Of a stretch of 41,968 bases of DNA, positions 27,718 through 38,706 are shown in pieces. The number at the start of each line of letters is the position of its first letter. Position 1 is the stretch's first letter. Under the pieces are notes generated by a model. It saw nothing but the letters and a program-made list of their open reading frames with translations. It made no database searches and was not told where the DNA came from. The stretch lies in IMG/VR virus record IMGVR_UViG_2563366992_000001, positions 1-41,968 of that record; one strand, written 5' to 3'. This DNA comes from a virus (taxonomy: Duplodnaviria > Heunggongvirae > Uroviricota > Caudoviricetes). The position numbers were made by a program, and so were the translations under genes.

Positions 27718-29539
27718 GCTTAAGGCGTTGATCACCGGTGTCGACAGGCTTTCTCCCGCGCTGTCGAAAATGCAAAAGAAAATCCGGGGATTTAAACGCC
27801 AGGCGGAAGAAGCGTCACAGGGTGGGCTGGCGCTTGGTGGCGGACTGGCAGCGGGTCTGACGCTTTCCCTGAAATCTTATGCCGATCAGGAAAACGCCGC
27901 CACCGGGCTGAAAGTCGCCATGATGGATGCGAACGGCGAGGTTGGAAAGAGCTTTCAGGACATCAATAAACTGGCTATTGGCCTGGGTAACCAGCTACCC
28001 GGTACAACGGCTGATTTCCAGAACATGATGCAGATGCTGGTGCGTCAGGGGATCCCGGCAGAAAACATTCTTGGCGGTGTGGGTAAAGCGACAGCTTATC
28101 TTGCGGTACAACTGAAAAAAACACCGGAAGCGGCTGCTGAGTTTGCTGCAAAGATGCAGGATGCTACCGGAACGGCGTCAGAAGACATGATGGGGCTGTT
28201 CGACACTATCCAGAAGGCGTTTTATCTGGGTGTTGACGATACCAACATGTTGTCCTTCTTCACTAAAACCAGCTCTGTTCTGAAGATGGTGAACAAGGAC
28301 GGTCTTCAGGCTGCACAGAGCCTTGCCCCCATCAGCGTCATGATGGATCAGATGGGGATGAACGGGGAGTCGGCAGGTAACGCCCTGCGAAAAGTTATCC
28401 AGTCCGGATTAAGCGTTAAGAAAATCAGGGACGTCAATAAAATCATGGCCCGCCAGAAACTCGGGGTACAGCTCGATTTTACTGACGGCAAAGGAAGTTT
28501 TGGCGGTCTTGATAACATGTTCAGGCAACTGGCAAAGCTGCGAAAACTGACCGACGTTAAGCGAACAGGTGTACTTAAGGCAATATTTGGTGATGATGCC
28601 GAAACCCTTCAGGTGGTCAATGCACTAATCGATAAAGGAAAGGATGGCTACGATCAGATCCAGCAGAAGATGAATAAACAGGCCAGCCTGAATAAACGTG
28701 TTCAGGCCCAGCTTGGTACGCTGTCCAGCCTGTGGGAGGCAATGACGGGGACCGCAACTAACGGCCTTGCGGCTATTGGCGGCGCATTTTCTGGTGACGC
28801 CAAAAATATCACGCAATGGCTGGGGGAGTTAGGGGAAAAATTCACGAAGTTTGCGGATGAAAATCCCCGGGTTATTCGCGGCGTCGTCGGGCTTGCTGCC
28901 GGTCTTGCGATTCTGAAACTGGGATTGATGGGCGTTGGCGGTGCCATCAGTATTGTCAGCAGGATCATGTCGATGACGCCGATTGGAATGATTGCGACGG
29001 CGATAGCCCTGGCTGCGGGATTAATTATCACTAACTGGGATGTTGTCGGACCTTATTTCAAGAAGCTCTGGGAAACCATTGGTCCTTATTTTGAGGCTGG
29101 CTGGGAACTTCTGAAGAAGGTTTTTGCCTGGTCGCCGCTGGGGATGGTAATCAATAACTGGGGACCGGTTGTTAAGTGGTTTCAGGATATGTGGGACAAA
29201 CTGAAGCCAATTATTGAGTGGTTTACCGACAGTTCCGGTGACACGGTCGATGCCATTAACTCTGCGCAGTGGGGCGCGGGTGCTTATGATGCTTATGGGA
29301 CGGGAATACCGGCACGGGGATACACACCTTATCAGGCGGTAGATCCGGCTCAGTCAAACAACGCCTCCGGTGCCACAGGCCCGAATCCCTTCATGATTAA
29401 CAAAGCTTCTGCGCCAAAAGTTGATGGTGAGATCAAGGTCTCTTTTGTGAATTTGCCTCCGGGTATGCGGGTTATGGAAACGCGATCCAGCGGTTTTGAT
29501 GTCAGCCATGATGTTGGCTATACGCGCTTTGGCAGGTAA
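27704..29539 (+). CDS. tail tape measure protein
   Basis: 611-aa ORF with central hydrophobic region; position after chaperone. Confidence 0.8.
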   Translation: MAEFELKALITGVDRLSPALSKMQKKIRGFKRQAEEASQGGLALGGGLAAGLTLSLKSYADQENAATGLKVAMMDANGEVGKSFQDINKLAIGLGNQLPGTTADFQNMMQMLVRQGIPAENILGGVGKATAYLAVQLKKTPEAAAEFAAKMQDATGTASEDMMGLFDTIQKAFYLGVDDTNMLSFFTKTSSVLKMVNKDGLQAAQSLAPISVMMDQMGMNGESAGNALRKVIQSGLSVKKIRDVNKIMARQKLGVQLDFTDGKGSFGGLDNMFRQLAKLRKLTDVKRTGVLKAIFGDDAETLQVVNALIDKGKDGYDQIQQKMNKQASLNKRVQAQLGTLSSLWEAMTGTATNGLAAIGGAFSGDAKNITQWLGELGEKFTKFADENPRVIRGVVGLAAGLAILKLGLMGVGGAISIVSRIMSMTPIGMIATAIALAAGLIITNWDVVGPYFKKLWETIGPYFEAGWELLKKVFAWSPLGMVINNWGPVVKWFQDMWDKLKPIIEWFTDSSGDTVDAINSAQWGAGAYDAYGTGIPARGYTPYQAVDPAQSNNASGATGPNPFMINKASAPKVDGEIKVSFVNLPPGMRVMETRSSGFDVSHDVGYTRFGR

Positions 29540-29599
29540 TGAAAAATTAATCTGTTAATGAGTCCCACTCCGGTGGGATTTTTTATGTACGGAGTTTAT

Positions 29600-30928
29600 A
29601 TGACGTGGAAAGACAGACTTCAGGACGCGTCATTTCGCGGTGTGCCGTTTAAGGTTGAAGAAGAAAGTGCGGAAACCGGTCGTCGTGTGGAAACGCACGA
29701 ATACCCGAACCGCGACAAACCCTATACCGAAGACCTGGGGAAAATCACTTTCCGCCCGTCCATCACAGCTTATGTGGTGGGAGATGACTGCTTTGACCAG
29801 CGCGATCGCCTGATTGACGCGCTGAATAAACCCGGTCCCGGCACGCTTGTCCATCCGACTTACGGTGAGCTGAAAGTCTGTGTTGACGGGGAAGTTCGGG
29901 TCAGCACATCGAAGAGTGAAGGGCGTATTGTCCGCTTTGACCTGAAGTTTGTCGAAGCGGGAGAACTCTCTTACCCCACTTCAGGTGCGGCGACGGCGCA
30001 GACGCTGATGTCATCCTGTTCTGCACTGGATGACTGCATCAGTGACAGCTTCAGTGGTTTCAGTATCGATGGCGTGGCAGATTTTGTGCAGAACGACGTC
30101 GTCGGTAATGCCAGCACAATGCTTGGGTATGTTTCTGATGCGATGAAAGTGGTGGATTCTGCCGTATCGGATGCCGCCAGGCTGTTGCAGGGGGATATCT
30201 CGGTACTTCTGCCGCCACCATCGTCAGGCAAAAATTTCGTTGAGCAGGTGCAGAAAATGTGGCGTACCGGGAAACGCCTTTATGGTAACGCCAGCGACCT
30301 GGTCACCATGATCAAAACGCTTTCCGGTGTCAGCCTCGGCAGCGATCTGCAACCGCGCGGCGTCTGGAAAACGGACAGTAAAACTACCGCCACGGCGACG
30401 CAGCAGCGTAACGTGGTTGCCAGCACCCTTCGTACGACCGCAATCAGCGAAGCGGCGTATGCCGTCACACGATTGCCTGCGCCCACAACTTCCGCGGTGA
30501 TGCAGAATGCCACAGTAGGGCAGTCAACAACACCCGCGCAGAGCACCGGCTGGCCTTCTGTCACGCATCCGGCACTGAACAATGCACCGGCGGTGAAAAA
30601 CACGGTTGACCTGCCAACGTGGGAAGAACTGACCGACATTCGCGACACACTGAATACGGCAATTGATAAGGAGTTGTCCCGTACAACCAGTGATGCGCTG
30701 TTTCTGGCGCTGCGCCGGGTGAAAGCAGATCTGAATGCGGATATCAACACGCGCCTTGAACAGTCTGCACGGATCATTCAGCGCACGCCGGATGAGGTTT
30801 TACCCGCGCTGGTGCTGGCGGCGACCTGGTTTGATAACGCGGCGCGTGACGCGGACATTATCCGGCGTAATGCCATTAGGCATCCCGGCTTTGTGCCGGT
30901 GATCCCTCTGAAGGTGCCAGTGCAATGA
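29600..30928 (+). CDS. Mu N-like DNA circulation protein
   Basis: ATG at 29600 with GGAG RBS; N-terminus WKDRLQDASFRGVPF; position after tape measure. Confidence 0.5.
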   Translation: MTWKDRLQDASFRGVPFKVEEESAETGRRVETHEYPNRDKPYTEDLGKITFRPSITAYVVGDDCFDQRDRLIDALNKPGPGTLVHPTYGELKVCVDGEVRVSTSKSEGRIVRFDLKFVEAGELSYPTSGAATAQTLMSSCSALDDCISDSFSGFSIDGVADFVQNDVVGNASTMLGYVSDAMKVVDSAVSDAARLLQGDISVLLPPPSSGKNFVEQVQKMWRTGKRLYGNASDLVTMIKTLSGVSLGSDLQPRGVWKTDSKTTATATQQRNVVASTLRTTAISEAAYAVTRLPAPTTSAVMQNATVGQSTTPAQSTGWPSVTHPALNNAPAVKNTVDLPTWEELTDIRDTLNTAIDKELSRTTSDALFLALRRVKADLNADINTRLEQSARIIQRTPDEVLPALVLAATWFDNAARDADIIRRNAIRHPGFVPVIPLKVPVQ

Positions 30929-32004
30929 ACGACAATGTCACGCTACGGGTAAATGGCCGGGAGTGGAATGGCTGGACATCGGTGCGCATCGGTGCCGGTA
31001 TTGAACGGCTGGCGCGGGATTTCAGTGTGGAGATCACTCGCCAGTGGCCGGGAGATGAGGGTATCACCACGCTTCAGCCGCGCATTAAAAACGGTTCAAA
31101 AGTGGAAGTGCTGATTGGTGATGAGCTGGTGATCACCGGCTGGGTGGAGGCGACTCCCGTTCGTTACGATGCCCGTTCGGTCAGCATCGGTATTGCCGGA
31201 CGTAGTCTGACGGCTGACCTGATTGACTGTGCAGCCGAACCGACACAGTTTAACGGACGCTCGCTGGTGCAGATTGCGCAGGCGCTTGCTGCGCCTTTCG
31301 GCATTGAGGTGGTGAACAGCGGTGCGCCGTCGGGTGTTATTCCTGATGTTCAGCCTGATCACGGTGAAACGGTGATTGAGGTAATCAACAAAATACTCGG
31401 TCAGCAGCAGGCGCTGGCTTACGACGACCCGCACGGCAGGCTGGTGATTGGCGGTATTGGCTCAACGCGGGCACATACCGCGCTGGTACTTGGGGAAAAC
31501 ATCCTTTCCTGTGATACGGAGAAGAGTATCCGGGAGCGGTTTTCTGTTTACCAGGTGGCGGGGCAGCGTGCCGGAAACGACGATGATTTCGGTGAGGCCA
31601 CCACCACCGCGCTGCGGGCCCGCACAGAGGATGCATTTATTGCCCGTTACCGTCCGATGTATATCAGGCAGACAGGGCAGGCCACGGGGGCAGGCTGTAT
31701 TGCGCGTGCTGACTTTGAAGCCCGAAAACGGGCGGCGCGGACGGATGAAACCACCTATGTGGTGCAGGGCTGGCGACAGGGTAACGGTACGCTGTGGCAG
31801 CCCAACCAGCGGGTGATTGTCTTCGATCCGGTCTGTGGTTTCGACAATACCGAACTGCTTGTCTCGGAAGTCACGTTTACTCAGGACCAGAACGGCACCC
31901 TGACGGAAATCCGTGTCGGCCCGCCTGATGCTTATCTGCCTGAACCCGAAGCCCCCGGCGCGCGGAAAAAGAAAAAAGCCAGAGTACAGGAGGACCCGTT
32001 CTGA
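30925..32004 (+). CDS. Mu P-like baseplate hub / tail protein
   Basis: 359-aa ORF in Mu-like tail gene order. Confidence 0.5.
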   Translation: MNDNVTLRVNGREWNGWTSVRIGAGIERLARDFSVEITRQWPGDEGITTLQPRIKNGSKVEVLIGDELVITGWVEATPVRYDARSVSIGIAGRSLTADLIDCAAEPTQFNGRSLVQIAQALAAPFGIEVVNSGAPSGVIPDVQPDHGETVIEVINKILGQQQALAYDDPHGRLVIGGIGSTRAHTALVLGENILSCDTEKSIRERFSVYQVAGQRAGNDDDFGEATTTALRARTEDAFIARYRPMYIRQTGQATGAGCIARADFEARKRAARTDETTYVVQGWRQGNGTLWQPNQRVIVFDPVCGFDNTELLVSEVTFTQDQNGTLTEIRVGPPDAYLPEPEAPGARKKKKARVQEDPF

Positions 32005-32552
32005 TGAGGACGATTGAAGCCATGCAGCGACAACTTCTCGGCCTGATTGGGCGGGCAGTGGTGAAAAGCATCAGTGCCGCCACGAAATGTCAGACCGTGG
32101 ATGTGTCCCTGATTGCCGGTGAACCCAAAGCCGGGGTTGAACATCTTGAACCCTACGGTTTTACCGCAAGGGCAAACAGCGGTGCGGAAGCGGTGGTGTT
32201 GTTTCCGGATGGCGACCGTTCTCATGCGGTGGTTGTTACGGTGTCGGACCGGCGCTACCGCCTGAAAGGGCTGCAAACGGGTGAGGTGGCTGTCTATGAC
32301 GATCAGGGGCAGTCTGTGACGCTGACCCGGGAGGGGATCGTGGTGGACGGTGCAGGGAAAACGATCACGTTTCGCAATGCACCTGAAGCACGTTTTGAAA
32401 TGGATCTGGAAGTGACCGGACAGGTGAAAGACCTGTGCGACTCCGGCGGCACCACCATGTCAGCGATGCGGCTTGCCTATAACGGGCATCGTCACAGAGA
32501 GAACGGTCAGGGCAGTAACACCGACAAACCTGATAAAGCGATGGAGGCATGA
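32004..32552 (+). CDS. baseplate assembly protein V-like (spike)
   Basis: 182-aa ORF; position and family resemblance. Confidence 0.6.
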   Translation: MRTIEAMQRQLLGLIGRAVVKSISAATKCQTVDVSLIAGEPKAGVEHLEPYGFTARANSGAEAVVLFPDGDRSHAVVVTVSDRRYRLKGLQTGEVAVYDDQGQSVTLTREGIVVDGAGKTITFRNAPEARFEMDLEVTGQVKDLCDSGGTTMSAMRLAYNGHRHRENGQGSNTDKPDKAMEA

Positions 32553-32977
32553 TGGAACTGTGGCTGACGGTGAACGGTAAACGCACCTGCGCCAGCGCAC
32601 CGCTGGATCCGCTGACCCGCGCCGTGGTGATTTCCCTGTTCACCTGGCGGCGGGCGGAGCCTGATGACAATGCCGACGTCCCGATGGGATGGTGGGGGGA
32701 TACCTGGCCTGCGGTACAGAATGACCGTTACGGCTCCCGACTGTGGTTGCTTCAGCGCAGCAAACTGACCAATCAGCTGGTGCAGACGGTAAGGGGATAT
32801 ATCCGCGAATGCCTGCAATGGATGACTGATGACGGCGTGGTGTCCCGTATTGATCTGGATATCCGCCGCACCGGGATTAATGAGCTGGGTAACAGTATCA
32901 CCCTCTGGCGTCGTGATGGACCAGTAATGATTTCTTTTGATGATCTGTGGAGTGCGATAACGCATGGCGGACAGTGA
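32549..32977 (+). CDS. GP46-family baseplate protein
   Basis: 142-aa ORF preceding the J-like gene. Confidence 0.5.
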   Translation: MMELWLTVNGKRTCASAPLDPLTRAVVISLFTWRRAEPDDNADVPMGWWGDTWPAVQNDRYGSRLWLLQRSKLTNQLVQTVRGYIRECLQWMTDDGVVSRIDLDIRRTGINELGNSITLWRRDGPVMISFDDLWSAITHGGQ

Positions 32978-34022
32978 ATTTCAGCGCCCGACGCTGGCAG
33001 AAAATATCAGTATGCTCCGTAACGATTTATTCGCCAGGCTGGACGTCAGCGACACGCTCCGGCGCATGGATGAAGACGTGCGGGCAAAGGTGTATGCGGC
33101 AGCGCTGCATACGGTCTACGGTTACATCGATTATCTGGCAATGAATATGCTGCCTGACCTGTGCGATGAGTCCTGGCTGGCGCGACATGCTGCGATGAAA
33201 CGGTGTCCGCGCAAGGGAGCCACGGTTGCCAGCGGGTATATGCGCTGGGAAGGTGTCAGCGATGGCCTGAAGGTGACTGCCGGGAGTGTTATTCAGCGCG
33301 ATGACCTGGTGCAGTACACGACAACTGACGATGCAATCAGCTCCGGTGGTGTCCTGCGCGTGCCGATCGCCTGCTCAAGTGCAGGTGCGGTCGGTAACGC
33401 TGACGACGGTACGGCATTAATCCTGGTCACGCCGGTGAATGGTCTGCCGTCTTCCGGTGTGGCTGACACCCTGACAGGCGGATTTGATACTGAAGAGCTG
33501 GAAACGTGGCGCGCCCGCGTCATTGAGCGGTATTACTGGACGCCGCAGGGCGGGGCTGACGGGGACTATGTCGTCTGGGCTAAAGAAGTGCCTGGCATTA
33601 CCCGCGCATGGACATACCGACACTGGATGGGAACGGGGACTGTCGGTGTGATGATTGCCAGCAGTGACCTGATTAATCCCATTCCGGAAGAATCAACGGA
33701 AACTGCGGCAAGACAACATATCGGGCCACTGGCCCCGGTGGCAGGCTCTGATTTGTATGTGTTCAGGCCGGTGGCACATACGGTGGATTTTCATATCCGT
33801 GTGACGCCGGACACACCGGAAATACGGGCTGCCATCACCGCGGAGTTGCGTTCGTTCCTGCTGCGTGATGGTTATCCGCAGGGAGAACTGAAGGTGTCAC
33901 GTATCAGTGAAGCGATTTCCGGTGCGAACGGGGAATACAGCCATCAGTTGCTTGCACCGGCGGACAATATCACCATTGCGAAAAATGAACTGGCGGTTCT
34001 GGGGGCGATTTCATGGACGTGA
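32964..34022 (+). CDS. baseplate J-like protein
   Basis: 352-aa ORF in conserved order. Confidence 0.65.
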   Translation: MADSEFQRPTLAENISMLRNDLFARLDVSDTLRRMDEDVRAKVYAAALHTVYGYIDYLAMNMLPDLCDESWLARHAAMKRCPRKGATVASGYMRWEGVSDGLKVTAGSVIQRDDLVQYTTTDDAISSGGVLRVPIACSSAGAVGNADDGTALILVTPVNGLPSSGVADTLTGGFDTEELETWRARVIERYYWTPQGGADGDYVVWAKEVPGITRAWTYRHWMGTGTVGVMIASSDLINPIPEESTETAARQHIGPLAPVAGSDLYVFRPVAHTVDFHIRVTPDTPEIRAAITAELRSFLLRDGYPQGELKVSRISEAISGANGEYSHQLLAPADNITIAKNELAVLGAISWT

Positions 34023-34597
34023 CAAACGATGATTACATCCGTCTGTTGTCAGCACTGTTGCCGCCCGGTCCGGCGTGGTCAGCCAGCGATCCGGCGATTG
34101 CCGGTGCGGCACCGTCATTAACCCGTGTTCATCAGCGTGCGGATGCCCTGATGCAGGAGCTGGATCCGCGCACCACCACCGAACTGATAAACCGCTGGGA
34201 GCGTCTGTGCGGCCTGCCGGATGAATGTATTCCGGCAGGGACGCAGACCCTTCGCCAGCGTCAGCAACGGCTGGATGCGAAGGTTAACCTGGCGGGCGGC
34301 ATCAATGAGGATTTTTACCTTGCACAGCTTGCTGCCCTGGGCAGACCAGACGCCACCATCACGCGATACGACAAAAGCACGTTCACCTGCTCATCGGCCT
34401 GTACTGACGCGGTGAATGCGCCGGAATGGCGGTATTACTGGCAGGTCAACATGCCAGCCGCCACCAACACCACCTGGATGACATGTGGCGATCCCTGTGA
34501 TTCCGCGCTGCGCTTCTGGGGGGACACCGTTGTCGAGTGTGTTCTTAACAAACTCTGCCCGTCGCATACCTATGTGATTTTTAAATATCCGGAGTAA
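34013..34597 (+). CDS. YmfQ-like (DUF2313, Mu gp48-like) tail protein
   Basis: 194-aa ORF immediately upstream of tail fibre, as ymfQ in e14. Confidence 0.55.
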   Translation: MDVTNDDYIRLLSALLPPGPAWSASDPAIAGAAPSLTRVHQRADALMQELDPRTTTELINRWERLCGLPDECIPAGTQTLRQRQQRLDAKVNLAGGINEDFYLAQLAALGRPDATITRYDKSTFTCSSACTDAVNAPEWRYYWQVNMPAATNTTWMTCGDPCDSALRFWGDTVVECVLNKLCPSHTYVIFKYPE

Positions 34598-34600
34598 TCC

Positions 34601-35383
34601 ATGCATCGTATAGACACGAAAACCGCGCAGAAGGATAAGTTCGGCGCGGGTAAGAACGGTTTTACCCGTGGTAACCCCCAGACCGGCACGCCTGCCACCG
34701 ATCTGGATGATGACTACTTTGACATGTTGCAGGAGGAGCTTTGCAGCGTTGTGGAGGCATCCGGTGCCAGCCTGGAGAAGGGGCGGCATGACCAGCTGCT
34801 TACCGCGCTTCGTGCGCTGCTGTTAAGCCGCAAGAATCCGTTTGGCGATATCAAATCGGATGGCACGGTGAAAACAGCTCTCGAAAACCTTGGTTTGGGA
34901 GAAGGCTCAGCATTACCCGTTGGTGTGCCTGTTCCGTGGCCTTCAGCCACTCCGCCAACAGGCTGGCTGAAATGCAATGGTGCGGCTTTTTCTGCTGAAG
35001 AATACCCGGAACTGGCAAAGGCTTATCCGACAAATAAATTACCTGATTTACGCGGTGAGTTTATTCGTGGCTGGGATGACGGACGTGGAGTGGATAACGG
35101 AAGGGGATTATTAACGCTTCAGGACGGTGCGATTGTCAGTCATAACCACTATTGGGGAATCTGGACTTCACGAACTAACGACCAGACTCTGGGAAGTTTT
35201 ACAGGCACCACGATTTTAAAACAAATCACGCCCCTGTCTCCAGCCATTGACTTCGATAATTACCCAATTCCCAACCCGGCTATTACAGAGGGTGGTGTTG
35301 TTGCGGCAACGACTAAACCTGCAGGTGCGAATGAAACACGCCCACGAAATGTCGCTTTTAACTATATTGTGAGGGCTGCATAA
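34601..35383 (+). CDS. tail fibre protein (constant N-terminus plus currently expressed variable C-terminus)
   Basis: Gly-rich C-terminal tail-fibre motif ([19 protein letters not shown]); crossover site lies within the gene. Confidence 0.8.
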   Translation: MHRIDTKTAQKDKFGAGKNGFTRGNPQTGTPATDLDDDYFDMLQEELCSVVEASGASLEKGRHDQLLTALRALLLSRKNPFGDIKSDGTVKTALENLGLGEGSALPVGVPVPWPSATPPTGWLKCNGAAFSAEEYPELAKAYPTNKLPDLRGEFIRGWDDGRGVDNGRGLLTLQDGAIVSHNHYWGIWTSRTNDQTLGSFTGTTILKQITPLSPAIDFDNYPIPNPAITEGGVVAATTKPAGANETRPRNVAFNYIVRAA

Positions 35384-35985
35384 TGAATAACGCAGAATTA
35401 AACAGTGAATTAATTGCCACTATGGCAGGAGAAATTACTGTTTATAACTTTGACGTCATGAGTCGGGAGTATATTTCAGCTTCAACTGAATATCTTGCTG
35501 TTGGTGTCGGCATTCCGGCATATTCCTGTTTAGATGCTCCAGGCACCTACAAAGCTGGTTATGCAATCTGCCGCTCTGCAGATTTTAACTCATGGGAATA
35601 TGTACCAGACCATCGCGGTGAAATCGTCTATAACACCGAAACGGGAGACGCCAAAGAAATCACAACTCCGGGTGATTACCCCGAAAAAACAACCACTATC
35701 GCCCCGTTAACGCCATACGATAAATGGGATGGTGAGAAATGGGTGACGGATACTGAGACACAGCATAGCGCCGCAGTAGACGCGGCAGAAGCACAACGTC
35801 AGTCACTGATTGATACTGCAATGGCTTCCATTAGTCTGATTCAACTGAAATTGCAGGCCGGGCGGAAGCTGATGCAGGCAGAGACCACCCGACTTAACAC
35901 TGTGCTGGATTACATTGACGCGGTGACGGCAACAGATACCAGTACCGCGCCGGATGTCATCTGGCCTGAACTGCCGGAGGAGTAG
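35383..35985 (+). CDS. tail fibre assembly protein (active orientation)
   Basis: C-terminal motif LNTVLDYIDAVTATDTSTAPDVIWPELPE. Confidence 0.85.
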   Translation: MNNAELNSELIATMAGEITVYNFDVMSREYISASTEYLAVGVGIPAYSCLDAPGTYKAGYAICRSADFNSWEYVPDHRGEIVYNTETGDAKEITTPGDYPEKTTTIAPLTPYDKWDGEKWVTDTETQHSAAVDAAEAQRQSLIDTAMASISLIQLKLQAGRKLMQAETTRLNTVLDYIDAVTATDTSTAPDVIWPELPEE

Positions 35986-36388
35986 GCCATTCAATATCTG
36001 GCGCACTGGAAGTATCGACCAGTTCCAGGGCGTCCAGATAATCCAGCCACAAATTATATTGCGCCAGTTCCTCACCTTTCAGACGACCAATCGCCGCTTT
36101 ACCAGGCCATTGTTTACTGTTCATGTATTCGTTGGCCTGATTAACTAATCGCTGTTTATTTGATTCAGCGATTGAGATTAATTCTTCGCTGGTAAGTGGT
36201 GGCGCATCCTGCCATGCTGGAAAACCATTTTTATCTGAACCAAGTATTTTACCATCAGGCCATGCAACTCCTGCGAACTCAGAATAAATAGTAAAGTTTA
36301 TTTTCGTAGCGTTCTCAGGAATGGTTTGGCTATCTGGTGAAATATAAAATCCCGAATCAGAGGGATTAAAATAATATGTCTTTTCCAT
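35957..36388 (-). CDS. tail fibre assembly protein (alternative orientation)
   Basis: C-terminal motif YNLWLDYLDALELVDTSSAPDIEWPTPP; inside the invertible segment. Confidence 0.75.
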   Translation of the reverse strand: MEKTYYFNPSDSGFYISPDSQTIPENATKINFTIYSEFAGVAWPDGKILGSDKNGFPAWQDAPPLTSEELISIAESNKQRLVNQANEYMNSKQWPGKAAIGRLKGEELAQYNLWLDYLDALELVDTSSAPDIEWPTPPAVQAR

Positions 36389-36390
36389 AG

Positions 36391-36789
36391 TTAATACCCC
36401 ACAGCCATCCAGTAAATTGAATTTGTTGTAGCAGAAGTGTAAGTAAATCTGATTTTAGTTCTGTTGGTACTTCCAATATCAAAGCCCACAGAACGGGCAG
36501 AAGGATCATTAGTTGAAATAAGAGCGTTTACCGAACGACAAGCAGCAGGGAAAGCTACAGGTAATGTTATATCAACTGTTCCAACACTTCCTCCGGTTGG
36601 TGAGACAGAAAAACTCCCCCATTGAATAATCATCCCCCCAGGTAATTTCTGGTATCCATTGGCGGTCAATGAGTTACCAAAGCTGTTCATATCCGGTACC
36701 TGATTTTCTCCTGTCCCCACATTCCTCTTTGCCGCTTCTCCCAAACCAACGTTTATGAAAATGCAGAAATAACGAGCAAATGGCATCAT
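36391..36789 (-). CDS. alternative tail-fibre C-terminal segment (silent orientation, no own start)
   Basis: Reads LGLGE across the crossover site, as the active fibre does; would fuse to the constant region after inversion. Confidence 0.6.
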   Translation of the reverse strand: MMPFARYFCIFINVGLGEAAKRNVGTGENQVPDMNSFGNSLTANGYQKLPGGMIIQWGSFSVSPTGGSVGTVDITLPVAFPAACRSVNALISTNDPSARSVGFDIGSTNRTKIRFTYTSATTNSIYWMAVGY

Positions 36790-36815
36790 TCCTGCTTTTG
36801 TCAGGGAGATCTACC

Positions 36816-37370
36816 ATGCTTATTGGCTATGTACGTGTGTCAACAAATGACCAGAACACAGATCTACAACGTAATGCGCTGAACTGTGCAGGATGCGAGC
36901 TGATTTTTGAAGACAAGATAAGCGGTACAAAGTCCGAAAGGCCTGGACTGAAAAAACTGCTCAGGACATTATCGGCAGGTGACACTCTGGTTGTCTGGAA
37001 GCTGGATCGGCTGGGGCGTAGTATGCGGCATCTGGTCATTCTGGTTGAGGAGTTGCGCGAACGAGGCATCAACTTTCGTAGTCTGACGGATTCAATTGAT
37101 ACTAGTACCCCAATGGGGCGCTTTTTCTTTCATGTGATGGGTGCCCTGGCTGAAATGGAACGAGAACTGATTGTTGAACGAACAAAAGCTGGACTGGAAG
37201 CTGCTCGCGCACAGGGACGAATTGGTGGACGTCGTCCCAAACTTACACCAGAACAATGGGCGCAGGCCGGTCGATTAATTGCATCAGGCGTTCCTCGCCA
37301 GAAGGTGGCGATCATCTATGATGTTGGTATATCGACACTGTATAAGAAGTTTCCGGTCGGAGATAAATGA
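36816..37370 (+). CDS. pin: serine DNA invertase (Pin/Gin/Hin family)
   Basis: N-terminal GYVRVSTNDQ catalytic-Ser motif and C-terminal HTH; adjacent to the invertible segment. Confidence 0.9.
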   Translation: MLIGYVRVSTNDQNTDLQRNALNCAGCELIFEDKISGTKSERPGLKKLLRTLSAGDTLVVWKLDRLGRSMRHLVILVEELRERGINFRSLTDSIDTSTPMGRFFFHVMGALAEMERELIVERTKAGLEAARAQGRIGGRRPKLTPEQWAQAGRLIASGVPRQKVAIIYDVGISTLYKKFPVGDK

Positions 37371-37405
37371 AACCGTAGCACGTCGTATGCAAGATCGTGC
37401 TGCGG
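37353..37405. repeat. direct repeat copy A (pin 3' end plus hairpin)
   Basis: CCGGTCGGAGATAAATGAAACCGTAGCACGTCGTATGCAAGATCGTGCTGCGG; contains an 8-bp stem hairpin 37375..37403. Confidence 0.55.
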
Positions 37406-37427
37406 TTTATGCTTATCACTTAAAGAC

Positions 37428-38297
<870 letters not shown>

Positions 38298-38377
38298 CTA
38301 ACCCTTTGAATTTACATAGCGCAAAAAGATACCTTTCCTCATAATGTGAGCTAATTTTATGTTTCGTTTGATGATCG

Positions 38378-38426
38378 GGTCGGTCTCGAAACCCGTAGCC
38401 ACGTCATATGCAAGAACGTGCTACGA
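38378..38426. repeat. direct repeat copy B (degenerate copy of the pin 3' end plus hairpin)
   Basis: CGGGTCGGTCTCGAAACCCGTAGCCACGTCATATGCAAGAACGTGCTACGA aligns with copy A over about 50 bp with a few substitutions and indels. Confidence 0.55.
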
Positions 38427-38706
38427 CTGGCTGGTGAACTTCCGATAGTGCGAGTATTGAATGATTTCCAACTGTTATCGATTTTGCGTATTTTTTGCAT
38501 GAGAGGATTTTTACCTCCTCCCACCGATCCTCCATGGCTTTACGCCAGTGTCTCTGGTCTGCTATGTGCCAGTTGCGGACATTACAAATAGCAGTACGTA
38601 TTGATCAGTTCAAAAAAACCACAATATTTATTGAAACAAATGAAGGTAATGATATTTTATTGTGATGAAGTATTGGTGCTGGGATTTGACTTAAGGGAGT
38701 GAAGTA

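Larger units (their letters stand above)
34879..36760. other. Pin/Gin-type invertible DNA segment carrying alternative tail-fibre C-termini and assembly chaperones
   Basis: Hin/Gin-like sites TCTCGAAAACCTTGGTTTGGGAGAAG (34879..34904) and its inverted partner CTTCTCCCAAACCAACGTTTATGAAA (36735..36760), sharing a perfect 15-bp inverted core. Confidence 0.65.

Noticed and set aside
30280-30777. 165-aa minus-strand ORF
   Set aside because: Inside the DNA-circulation gene, antisense; shadow ORF.
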